DNA of 64,000 nucleotides from NCBI GenBank assembly GCA_015075075.1, contig JABTVA010000008.1:50215-114214 (forward strand). Reading direction: 5' to 3'. The notes beneath the pieces are model-generated. The model had not been told where the DNA came from, did no database searches, and was given only the letters and a program-made list of their open reading frames with translations. The stretch comes from Deltaproteobacteria bacterium (GTDB lineage: Bacteria > Desulfobacterota > GWC2-55-46). The position numbers and the translations under genes were made by a program. Positions 10,091 to 19,008 of this stretch are shown one piece after another (position 1 is the first letter of the stretch; the number at the start of each line of letters is the position of its first letter).

Positions 10091-10344
10091 TCCTTTTCCC
10101 AGGCTCTTTGCAATAAAGAGCGGCCCTTTCCGGCTGGACTGCTTGCGCGTTAACCGCTTGCAAGCTTTAAGGAAATTGACTCGAGTTCGTCCGTTTAGTC
10201 AGCCAGTATACCATTGCGGGGTTTTGGTTTGCAAGGGTGCCGCGGCCCGGGATTTTTTTGTGCTATTAGGGCGTTTCGCATGATATATTATGACGATTAA
10301 GGACCGAGGAGAGACTCCGCCCCGGCTGGGGCGCGCATTCGCCT

Positions 10345-11058
10345 ATGACCGTTCTGAGGACCCTTGCCGTATGGCTCCTGGGCCTGCCCATAACCATAGC
10401 CCTTTTCATCCTCGTCCTCTTTTCCCTTCCGTTCGAAAGGCAGGGCAGGGCCGTCCATTCGATAGGGGCCTTCTGGTCGAGGGTGGTGCTCGCGCTATCG
10501 GGCGTAAGGGTGGACGTGCAAGGAAGGGAGAACGTCCCTTCGGGCAGGCCTGTTATCTTCGTCTCCAACCACCAGGGCGCCTTTGATATACCCGCGCTCC
10601 AGGCCTTTTTGCCCGTGCAGTTCCGCTGGGTGGCCAAAAAGAGCCTTTTCAGGATACCGGTCATAGGCTGGAGCATGAGCCTTGCCGGGTATGTAGGCAT
10701 CGACAGGGACAACCCGGCGGAGGCCATGAAGAACATGGAAGAGGCCTCGGAAAAGATAAAAAGGGGTACTTCGGTATTGATATTCCCCGAGGGCACGAGG
10801 TCCGGTTCTGTCCGGCTCCTCCCCTTTAAGCGAGGGGCCTTCGTCCTCGCAAAAAAAAGCGGCGTCCCTGTCGTGCCTGTCGCAATAGACGGCACTTCGG
10901 ATATAATGAGGCGTGGGGGCATCCTCATAAGGCCATCGCGTGTCAGGATACGGATAGGCAGGCTCGTGGAAACCGGGCCTCTTGACGAGAAGGAGCTACG
11001 GAACAGGATGAAGAAGGACATAGAAGGACTGTTGCAGGCCGGGGCAGGGAGGCCCTGA
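10345..11058 (+). CDS. plsC: 1-acyl-sn-glycerol-3-phosphate acyltransferase
   Basis: 237 aa. Has the 'NHQGAFD' (HX4D) and 'FPEGTR' acyltransferase motifs and an N-terminal TM anchor. Confidence 0.85.
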   Translation: MTVLRTLAVWLLGLPITIALFILVLFSLPFERQGRAVHSIGAFWSRVVLALSGVRVDVQGRENVPSGRPVIFVSNHQGAFDIPALQAFLPVQFRWVAKKSLFRIPVIGWSMSLAGYVGIDRDNPAEAMKNMEEASEKIKRGTSVLIFPEGTRSGSVRLLPFKRGAFVLAKKSGVPVVPVAIDGTSDIMRRGGILIRPSRVRIRIGRLVETGPLDEKELRNRMKKDIEGLLQAGAGRP

Positions 11059-11067
11059 AGAGGATTC

Positions 11068-12729
11068 ATGGGAGAGCCCCTTAAGATAATCCCGCTCGGC
11101 GGGCTGGGCGAGATAGGCCTTAACATGATGGCCATCGAGTACGGCGACTCCATAATGGTCGTGGACTGCGGCCTCATGTTCCCCGAGGACTACATGCTCG
11201 GGATAGACATCGTCATCCCGGACGTGAGCTATCTTAAGAAGAACGCCGAAAAGGTAAAGGCCTACATAATAACCCACGGCCACGAGGACCACACCGGCGC
11301 CCTGCCTTTCATCCTGCCCCAGGTCGACGCGCCTATATACGGCACCGCCCTCACCATAGGTCTCATAGAGGAAAAGCTCGAGGAGTTCGGACTCGCCAAA
11401 TCGACATTATTCGAGACGGTCCGCCCGAGGGACAGGGTATCCATAGGGCCCTTTGATATAGAATTCATACGCGTCAGCCACTCGATAGTGGACGGCTGCG
11501 GCCTTGCCATAAGGACGCCCGTGGGCACCGTTATCCATACCGGGGACTTCAAGATGGACCAGACCCCGGTGGACGGAGAGGTAATGGACTACGCCCGGTT
11601 CTCGGAATACGGTGAATCCGGGGTGCTCCTTCTCATGTCGGACTCGACGAACGTCGAAAAGGAGGGCTATTCCCTTTCCGAGCGCGAGATAGGGAAAAAC
11701 CTCGAGGAGATATTCAGGAGGTGCGAGGGCAGGATAATAGTCGCCGCCTTCTCCTCCAACATACACCGCATCCAGCAGGTCATGGAAGCCGCCGCAAGGC
11801 ACGGGCGCAGAGTGATACTCAACGGCAAGAGCATGGTCGCCAACGTGCGGATAGCGCACGCCCTCGGGTATCTCAAGTACCCGGAAGGGCTCATGGCCGA
11901 CTTGAAGGAAATAGACTCGATACCCCACGACCAGGTCGTGCTCCTCACTACCGGGAGCCAGGGCGAGCCCATGAGCGCCCTTACCCGCATGGCAATGGAC
12001 AACCACAAGCAGATAAAGGTAAGGAAGGGCGATACCGTCATCCTTTCCTCCAAGTTCATACCCGGCCACGAGAAGGCCATATCCACCATGATGAACCACC
12101 TCTACAGGAGAGGCGCTGACGTCATATACGAGAAGGTCTCGGAGGTGCACGTCTCCGGGCACGCGAGCCAGGAGGAGCTTAAGATAATGCTCAACATGGT
12201 GCGCCCGAAATACTTTATCCCGGTGCACGGCGAGTACAGGCACCTGGTCCTCCATTCGAGGCTCGCCGCGAGGATCGGCATACCTGAAGAGAACGTAATA
12301 ATAGCCGAGGACGGGGACGTGGTCGAGTTCGCCCCTGAAGGCGGGTTCGTGAAGGCCGGGAAGGTCGAGTCCGGGAGGGTATTCGTTGACGGCAAGGGCG
12401 TGGGAGACGTGGGCGAGATGGTATTGAAGGACAGGAACCACCTGGCCCAGGACGGCATGGTGCTCGCCCTCGTTGCCATAAACGCCACGACCGGCGACAT
12501 GGTCTACGGCCCCGAGATAGTGACCCGCGGGCTTGTGCTCGAAGAGGGCAGGCCCGGCCTCATCGAGGAAGCCCGGAAGGTGGTCATAGAGTCGCTCAAC
12601 AGCCTCAATGCCGAGGTAAAGACCGAGCAGCTCGAGATAAAGGAAGAGGTGAGGAGGGCGCTACGCCGTTACTTCAACAGGACGTTGGAGCGGAAACCCG
12701 TCATACTCCCGATGATAATCGAGATATAG
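11068..12729 (+). CDS. rnj: Ribonuclease J (metallo-beta-lactamase/beta-CASP RNase)
   Basis: 553 aa with the 'HGHEDHTGALP' MBL motif and beta-CASP C-terminal domain. Length and motifs are typical of RNase J. Confidence 0.85.
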   Translation: MGEPLKIIPLGGLGEIGLNMMAIEYGDSIMVVDCGLMFPEDYMLGIDIVIPDVSYLKKNAEKVKAYIITHGHEDHTGALPFILPQVDAPIYGTALTIGLIEEKLEEFGLAKSTLFETVRPRDRVSIGPFDIEFIRVSHSIVDGCGLAIRTPVGTVIHTGDFKMDQTPVDGEVMDYARFSEYGESGVLLLMSDSTNVEKEGYSLSEREIGKNLEEIFRRCEGRIIVAAFSSNIHRIQQVMEAAARHGRRVILNGKSMVANVRIAHALGYLKYPEGLMADLKEIDSIPHDQVVLLTTGSQGEPMSALTRMAMDNHKQIKVRKGDTVILSSKFIPGHEKAISTMMNHLYRRGADVIYEKVSEVHVSGHASQEELKIMLNMVRPKYFIPVHGEYRHLVLHSRLAARIGIPEENVIIAEDGDVVEFAPEGGFVKAGKVESGRVFVDGKGVGDVGEMVLKDRNHLAQDGMVLALVAINATTGDMVYGPEIVTRGLVLEEGRPGLIEEARKVVIESLNSLNAEVKTEQLEIKEEVRRALRRYFNRTLERKPVILPMIIEI

Positions 12730-12860
12730 GCTGCTGCTCAAAAAATCCATCTGCGTCGAAGGCTACGTCGCTGGACACTCCGGCGTACGCGAAAAGTACG
12801 CCTCGTTCCTTGCTCCCCTGTTCCTAATGGGGCCTCGCATCCGGAGCTTTTTGAGCAGCC
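12729..12860. mobile_element. MITE-like element, family C (TIR GGCTGCTCAAAAA / TTTTTGAGCAGCC)
   Basis: Terminal inverted repeats. Homologous copies at 24033, 31811, 35350 and 56511. Its 3' end is read through by the artificial N-terminal extension of the next ORF. Confidence 0.7.
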
Positions 12861-12913
12861 TAAGCGAATTTTGTATTTTCCCGCAACCTGTTGGCCGAAG
12901 GGTTTTTATTGAG

Positions 12914-14017
12914 ATGAGCTCGAAAGTCTACTTCGCGGACCTGAGGACCACCCCCAAAAGAAACCTACATAACAAGCTCGACTCCCTCCTTGAGAACGTA
13001 GGCATAAGGGAGAGGTTCAGGAAAGGGCACCTTGTCGCCCTTAAGCTCCATTTCGGGGAAAAGGGCAACGCCTCCTACGTGAGGCCCGTTTTCGTAAGGC
13101 GGATCGTCGAGCGCGTAAGGGAGACAGGCGGAAACCCCTTTCTTACCGACACAAACACCCTTTACGTAGGCACCAGGGGCAACACGGTAGACCACCTGAG
13201 GACCGCCGTCGAGAACGGCTTCGATTTCGCCGTGGTCTCAGCCCCCCTCGTCATAGCCGACGGCTTAAGGGGAGCCTCCGGGACGCCGATAAGGGTAGGG
13301 GGGAAGCACCTCAGGGAAGTAAGCATAGCGAGCGAGATAGTCGCCGCCGACGGGCTCGTGGCGGTGACCCATTTCAAATGCCACGAGCTTTCCGGCTTCG
13401 GGGGCGCGTTGAAGAACGTCGGCATGGGGTGCGCAAGCCGCGAGGGGAAGCTCGCGCAGCACTCGAACTGCTCCCCGATCGTAGACCCCGGAGGCTGCGT
13501 TGCCTGCGGCGACTGCGCCGCCGCGTGCCCCTCGGGGGCCATAACGGTCGGGACCGCCGCAGTCATAGACAAGGAGGCCTGCATAGGATGCGGCCACTGC
13601 ATCGCCGTTTGCCCGGAGGGTACGATAAAGGTAAGCTGGGACGAGTCGTCCGGGAGGCTCCAGGAGAAGATGGTCGAGCACTTCGAGGGGGCCGTCAAGG
13701 GGAAGTCTGGCAGGTGCGTATATATCTCATTCGTGACCCAGGTGAGCCCGGCCTGCGACTGCTACGGCCATAACGACGCCCCCATAGTGCCGGACGCCGG
13801 GGTGCTGGCCTCGATTGACCCGGTGGCCATAGACCAGGCCGCTGCGGACATCGTAAACGGGATGGAAGGGTTCAGGGGGAGCGCCTTAAGGAGCGGGCAC
13901 GGGCCGGGTGGCGACAAGTTCAGGGGGGTCCACCCTTCCGTAGACTGGGAAGTGCAGCTGTCATACGCCGAGGAGAGGGGCCTCGGGTCGAGGGATTACT
14001 CCCTTGTTAAAATCTGA
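12914..14017 (+). CDS. DUF362 domain protein with 2x[4Fe-4S] ferredoxin domain
   Basis: DUF362-like N-region followed by 'CVACGDCAAACP' and 'CIGCGHCIAVCP' cluster motifs. Start was moved to the ATG at 12914, downstream of the MITE-derived extension. Confidence 0.7.
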   Translation: MSSKVYFADLRTTPKRNLHNKLDSLLENVGIRERFRKGHLVALKLHFGEKGNASYVRPVFVRRIVERVRETGGNPFLTDTNTLYVGTRGNTVDHLRTAVENGFDFAVVSAPLVIADGLRGASGTPIRVGGKHLREVSIASEIVAADGLVAVTHFKCHELSGFGGALKNVGMGCASREGKLAQHSNCSPIVDPGGCVACGDCAAACPSGAITVGTAAVIDKEACIGCGHCIAVCPEGTIKVSWDESSGRLQEKMVEHFEGAVKGKSGRCVYISFVTQVSPACDCYGHNDAPIVPDAGVLASIDPVAIDQAAADIVNGMEGFRGSALRSGHGPGGDKFRGVHPSVDWEVQLSYAEERGLGSRDYSLVKI

Positions 14018-14053
14018 TATCATGGGTTTGGCGGTAAGCCGGACGGAGCGGAT

Positions 14054-15921
14054 ATGGCGGTAAAGAAGATAGGCGAGCTCCTGGTCGAATCAGGGCTCAT
14101 AATGAGGACCAGCTCGAAGAGGCCCTTGCCGCGGGCAAGGAGAACAAGGGCACCAGGACAGGCGCCCTGCTCGTAAAGCTCGGGTACGCAACGGAGATTG
14201 ACATAGCCCAGACCCTCTCCTACCAGGTCGGCATCCCCTTCGTGGATATGGCTTCCACGACCGTGGACCCGGAGAGCATCAAGCTGGTCAACGAAAAGCT
14301 CGCCAGGAAGTACCTCCTTGTGCCGCTCTACCATGACAAGAAGGTCCTGAGGGTCGCCATGTCGGACCCGCTGAACCTGAACGCCATAGACGACCTGAGG
14401 TTTTCGACGGGCTTGGAGATACAGCCCTTCATCTCCACGCTCTCGGACATCAACGCCGCGATATCGAGGCACTATCACCTGAACGAGCCCATGATGGACG
14501 AGATACTGGGCGATTTCAAGAAGGACAGGTACGTCGAGGTATTCCACGAGTCCGAATCGAGCAGGGACCTTTCCGAGCAGGTAAAGAAGTCCGCCGCCCC
14601 GCCCATCATAAAGATGGTCGATTCCATCCTGATACACGGCTTCGACAACAGGGCGAGCGACATCCACATCGAGCCGCAGGAAAAGGGCGTGAAGCTCAGG
14701 ATACGGGTGGACGGGCTCATGCGCGAAACCAAGCAGCTCCCCAAATGGGTGCAGGGGCCTGTCGTTTCGAGGATAAAGATAATGGCCCGGATGGACATAG
14801 CCGAGAGGAGGACGGCCCAGGACGGCAGGTTCAAGGTGCGGATAGGGGAAAAGAGCATGGACGTGAGGGTCTCGTCGCTCCCGACCCAGCACGGCGAGAC
14901 GATAGTCATGCGGCTCCTCGACCCCAAGGCCGCCATGATAGACATAGAGGGCATAGGGATAGGAAAGGGTGAGCTCGACCGGGTGCTTGATATCATAGAG
15001 CGCCCCCAGGGGGTCGTGCTCGTCACCGGCCCCACTGGCTCGGGAAAGACCTCGACCCTTTACGCCATGCTCGCCCGCATAAAAAAGGAAGAGATAAACA
15101 TAATCACGATAGAGGACCCGATAGAGTACGAGCTCAAGGACGTAAACCAGGTGGCCGTGAACGACAAGACCGGCCTGACCTTCTCGTACACCCTGAGGTC
15201 GGTACTACGGCAGGACCCGGACGTCATACTCGTCGGCGAGATGAGGGACGCGGAGACGGCCACGATCGCCCACCAGGCCTCCCTTACGGGGCACCTTGTC
15301 TTCTCGACCCTGCACACAAACGACGCGGTATCATCGGTAACGAGGCTCCGTAACCTCGGCGTGCCTTCGTACATGATAGCGTCGGCCCTGAACGGCATAG
15401 TGGCCCAGAGGCTCGTGAGGATGATATGCAAGGGGTGCAGGGAGGAGTACACGCCGACCGGGCAGGAGATACGGAAGGCTGGGCTCAAGTGGTCCGGGAA
15501 GAAGCTCTACAGGGGCGCGGGATGCAGCCTCTGCGCCAATACCGGCTACTCGGGGAGGACCGGGATATTCGAGATAATATCGGTAAACGGCGCGATAAAG
15601 AACCTCATAGCCGCCGACGCCCCCGAGCACGAGATAATCGCCGCCGCCCTGGAAGGCGGCATGACCCCCATGCACATGGACGGGCTCGATAAGGTCTCTT
15701 CCGGCATAACCACGCTCGAAGAGCTCGCTCGGGTCATATACATGGCCAAGGAACCGGTATGCCCGGTTTGCCTTAAGACCGTACCGGCCGGTACGGAGAG
15801 ATGCGGCGAATGCGAAGCTGCCAAGGCCGCCGTCTGTCAATGGTGCGGGAAGGGACGGGAGGAGGGCTGGGTAGCGTGCCCCTGGTGCGCGCACGAGTTC
15901 GCCGCCGCCCCGCTATCATGA
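14054..15921 (+). CDS. MshE/GspE/PilB-family secretion ATPase with N-terminal c-di-GMP-binding MshEN-type domain and extra C-terminal double zinc ribbon; apparent -1 frameshift near 14100
   Basis: Walker A 'VLVTGPTGSGKTSTL' and the canonical tetracysteine 'CKGCREEY...CSLCANTGY'. Upstream, in another frame, 'MAVKKIGELLVESGLI|TEDQLEEAL...LVKLGYATEIDIAQTLSYQ' matches the MshEN motifs. The intact ORF starts at 14242. The C-terminus adds 'CPVCLK...CGECEA...CQWC...CPWCAHEF'. Confidence 0.75.
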
Positions 15922-16055
15922 TGTTGAAAAGCACTTCCTGGACTTTTTCAATCACGGCTTGGCCGGAATAATCCGTCCAAGCCCCGCAAAATGCTCGACC
16001 TTGGACAGTCTTCGCAATTTGGCATCCATCCGTGGATTGCATATCAGGATGTTTT
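15922..16055. repeat. Structured repeat element, family E (copy 1), abutting the stop codon of the ATPase gene
   Basis: About 135 bp with nested inverted repeats (TTGAAAAAGTCC...GGACTTTTTCAA; GGCTTGG...CCAAGCC; GTTGAAAAA...TTTTTCAAC). A second copy at 52580 is about 85% identical. Confidence 0.75.
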
Positions 16056-16213
16056 TCAACACCCTGATAAAGTCCTGATGAGGCCTGCTCCTTTTCGGGG
16101 CTTTCCCTTTTTCCTGCTATCCTGATTTCCATGAGCCAGGCTTTTTTTGGTTTGCGGAAAAGTTCCACTTGTGATATATTCCGGCAATCCACTATGTGAG
16201 CGAGTTCAGGCGG

Positions 16214-16252
16214 GGGCCTTCCCCGAAGGTACCCCCTCGTTTTTAATGCTTC
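16214..16252 (+). terminator. Possible intrinsic terminator
   Basis: GC-rich imperfect hairpin 'GGGGGCCTT...AAGGTACCCCC' followed by 'TCGTTTTTA'. Confidence 0.3.
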
Positions 16253-16276
16253 TTGTTCTGAATCCTCTGCCCTGAG

Positions 16277-16846
16277 ATGCTGAAATCCTCGCTGACCATA
16301 GCGCTCTTTGCCTTGGCTTGCATGCCGGGCTCCGCAATCGGGGAATTCTTTTCAATGGACCCGGCCCCTGCGGACAGGCCGTTCCTGGAACAAAAGAGGA
16401 AGCCGGGCGATATTAAGAAGGACAAGTACGGCCTCCCGGACCCCACTCCAGACGTAATCTCCCTTACGCACCTTCCAAAGGACCGATACGGCTTCGTAGA
16501 CTGGGCCGAGGCCATCTCCACGGGCGTAATCTCGCCGAAATCGTCGATCGACGGCTTGCCCGCAAGGCTCTCTCCCGTTGACAGGGAGAGGTTCGACGGG
16601 GACGTCCTCATAAGGTCCGGGAAGGAATTCATGCCGGACGTGCTCTTCCCGCATTCGGCCCACAACGAGTGGCTCAAGTGCTCCACCTGCCACCCCCGCA
16701 TATTCTCGAAGAAGGCCGGCGCGAGCCGCATTACGATGACGGGGATATGGAAGGGCAGGTTCTGCGGCGTATGCCATGACAAGGTGGCCTTTCCGACGAG
16801 GAACTGCTTCAAATGCCATTCGGTTCGGAAGGACGCGGGGAAATAG
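16277..16846 (+). CDS. Periplasmic triheme c-type cytochrome
   Basis: Signal peptide 'MLKSSLTIALFALACMPGSA'. Three CxxCH motifs (CSTCH, CGVCH, CFKCH). Confidence 0.75.
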   Translation: MLKSSLTIALFALACMPGSAIGEFFSMDPAPADRPFLEQKRKPGDIKKDKYGLPDPTPDVISLTHLPKDRYGFVDWAEAISTGVISPKSSIDGLPARLSPVDRERFDGDVLIRSGKEFMPDVLFPHSAHNEWLKCSTCHPRIFSKKAGASRITMTGIWKGRFCGVCHDKVAFPTRNCFKCHSVRKDAGK

Positions 16847-16869
16847 CATGTATTGTCCAGAGGAACAAC

Positions 16870-17469
16870 ATGCCTTTTGAAGACTTTTCAAAAAAGGAAC
16901 TTATAAGCATCCTGGAGATCATCGAGTCCGCCCAGAAATGCACGGGGGCGGACCAGATAAAGGACCTCATATTGAAGGCGAGGGGCGTCGTAGAGGCCGA
17001 TTACGCCGTCTGCGGACTATTGGGAAAGGAAAAATCAGGGGCGCCATGCATCAGCTCCTATATAAACGGAAATTATTCGGACGAATGGGTCAATAGATAC
17101 ATGAATGAGGGGTATGCCGCCAACGATCCGATAGTCAGGCACATGTCCAAGTATTCACTGAGCCGGTTATGGACCGAAATATTCAAGGAGCACAGGGACC
17201 CCGCCTCAACGAGGCTCCTTAAGGACGCTGAAGACTTCGACCTTAAGTTCGGGGTAACCGGCGGGGTGTTCGTGCCCGAGCTTGACCAGGTGGCCATCTT
17301 CACGTTCGCAGGGGGGAAAGACCGCTTCAGGGCCCACCATAAGAGGATAATGGACATACTCGTCCTCCATCTGCAGAGCGCGCTTGTAACTTCGATTGCG
17401 ACCGACGCAGCACTGGAAAAACTGCCGGACAAGGGGATGCCCAACTGGAGGTGCAAATATGGATTATAG
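16870..17469 (+). CDS. LuxR-type autoinducer-binding domain protein lacking the HTH domain (TrlR-like)
   Basis: Autoind_bind signature 'YSDEWVNRYMNEGYAANDPIVRH'. The protein ends at 199 aa with no LuxR-type HTH in any frame. Its stop overlaps the start of the downstream paralog. Confidence 0.65.
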   Translation: MPFEDFSKKELISILEIIESAQKCTGADQIKDLILKARGVVEADYAVCGLLGKEKSGAPCISSYINGNYSDEWVNRYMNEGYAANDPIVRHMSKYSLSRLWTEIFKEHRDPASTRLLKDAEDFDLKFGVTGGVFVPELDQVAIFTFAGGKDRFRAHHKRIMDILVLHLQSALVTSIATDAALEKLPDKGMPNWRCKYGL

Positions 17470-18200
17470 GAAATTCTCGAAAAAGGAGCTTGGAGATATC
17501 CTCGACCTCATCTAGATGTCCGTTGCGTGCCGGGCAGACGAGGACATCCTGAGATTGACAGGGAAAATAAAGGACCTCGTTTGCGCGGACCAGGGTGTAT
17601 GCGGGCTGGGCGGCATCGTTTCAGGCGAGCTCTCGAATATCATCAAGATAGTGAACTATGACTACTCTACCGAGTGGCTTTCCATGTATGCCGCCGAAAA
17701 ACTGTACAAGAACGATCCGATAATCAGGTACAATTACGAGCGCTTCGAGACGCATTTCTGGTCTGAGGCGATCGAGGCTTTCAATGACGAGTCCAGCAGG
17801 GATTTCATGAGGAAGGCTTCTGATTTCGGACTTGTCCACGGCGTGGCAAGCGGCATGCGCGACGGCGGCTCGAAGGGTTCGATATTTTCGTTCTCAAGCT
17901 CCAAGAACCGTTTCAGTAAACACCACAAGGACGTCCTGGACATACTCACCCCGCACGTCCACATGGCGCTGGCGAGGGTCGGAGGCGTCAGGAGCGAAAA
18001 GAGCGGTCCTCAGATCTCGGAAAGGGAAAAAGAGGTCTTGAACTGGATGAAGGAAGGCAAGACCAACTGGGAGATTTCGGTCATTGAACATCAGCGAAAG
18101 GACGGTCAAGTTCCACGTCCAGAATATAGAAAGAAAGCTCAATGCCGTAAATAAGGCTCGTACGATTGCGATAGCGATGGATATCGGGCTGGTAATGTAA
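17459..18200 (+). pseudogene. LuxR-family regulator (autoinducer-binding + LuxR HTH) interrupted by an in-frame TAG (17513-17515) and a -1 frameshift near 18095
   Basis: Paralog of the upstream gene (MDYRKFSKKELGDILDLI*MSVACRADED... vs MPFEDFSKKELISILEIIESAQKCTGADQ...). It has 'YSTEWLSMYAAEKLYKNDPIIRY'. In the -1 frame, 'NISERTVKFHVQNIERKLNAVNKARTIAIAMDIGLVM*' is the LuxR-type HTH. Confidence 0.55.
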
Positions 18201-18239
18201 GATCCATGCAAGGAGCTCGGTCTTCTGTCCGCGCATAGT

Positions 18240-18789
18240 TCCTCGAAAGACCCCAGTCAAGCTCTATCGCGCCCGCGACTACGCCGTCCGGCATCGTGAC
18301 GAAATCCGCCAGCTGCGTTACCGGGAAGCCGCAGAGCCCTCAAAAGCCTGTAGTATCGCTTGTCCACTACCATGACCATGCGCCTTACGCCTCTCAGGGC
18401 GCTCCAATTGTATATGGCCTTGTAAATCAAGCGGGAGATGAGCGACGCGTTCTTCTCCGCTCCTCTTTACGCAGAGCCGGGTGATTTCAGGCCATGTCCG
18501 TCTTTGCGGAACTCGCCCTCGCCGGCATCATGCAGGCGAACTCCTTTCCACCATGAACGGATAAGGATGCGTTATGAGCCTGGCATGTCCGAGAATGCTC
18601 ATGTCCATCCTGAACACGCCGATGCATTCCGCAAACCTGTCATACTCGTCGGTCTCCATCCCGTCCTGCGAGCACCGCACCCACTTGAGTTCCGGGCGAA
18701 GACCTCATGGCGGAGCTAAGCGCCGCCTCGAATTCCTCAGAGCGGAGATGGTCTTTATTGAACCCGCTATCCTCGAATATCAGTTCCAT
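18240..18789 (-). pseudogene. LuxI-family acyl-homoserine-lactone synthase, multiply frameshifted (not in ORF track)
   Basis: Minus-strand translation across three frames gives MELIFEDSGFNKDHLRSEEFEAA | LRHEVFAR | ELKWV..ETDEYDRFAECIGVF...HARLITHPYPF | TWPEITRLCV | LIYKAIYNWSALRGVRRMVMVVDKRYYRLLRAL | PVTQLADFVTMPDGVVAGAIELD. This is colinear with the LuxI blocks LRYQVFKQRLEWDL..ESDEYD, WELSRFA, LFEAIYKHAV..VTVTSTAIERFLKRI. The 3' boundary is uncertain. Confidence 0.55.
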
Positions 18790-19008
18790 GTCCCTTTTAG
18801 CAGGAAGGGGCGGGGTCACGTAACTGGCAGGCATATCAGTTCACTTTATGCGGCGTAGTTGTAAAATAAAAAATTTAATTCCGGGGACCTGGCCAAAGTG
18901 CAGTGGGACCGGGCGGGTAAATGATGTATAATGCTGCCGTTCCGATTTGAGAGAGGGCAGGGCAAAACCCGGTACTTAAGGCGTGCAGGCATCCTGAAAG
19001 GAGTTTGT

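Noticed and set aside
3080-10240. Recurrent 'GGTTTGCAAG'-type motifs in intergenic spacers of the TPR-GT-C array, read as sigma54 promoters
   Set aside because: The spacing does not fit GG-N10-GC. The motifs are on the wrong strand for the minus-strand genes, and two of them are simply part of the duplicated junction.
10266-11177. 303-aa ORF antisense to plsC
   Set aside because: It lies fully inside the well-supported plsC gene on the opposite strand. It is Ser/Pro/Arg-rich and low-complexity, as expected for a GC-rich antisense frame.
11407-12441. 344-aa and other ORFs antisense to the RNase J gene
   Set aside because: They overlap a conserved gene on the opposite strand and have no motifs. 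Such ORFs are typical of high-GC DNA.
12827-12913. N-terminal extension 'MGPRIRSFLSSLSEF...' of the DUF362 ORF
   Set aside because: The extension is translation of the 3' end of a family C MITE. A proper ATG with in-frame DUF362 sequence begins at 12914.
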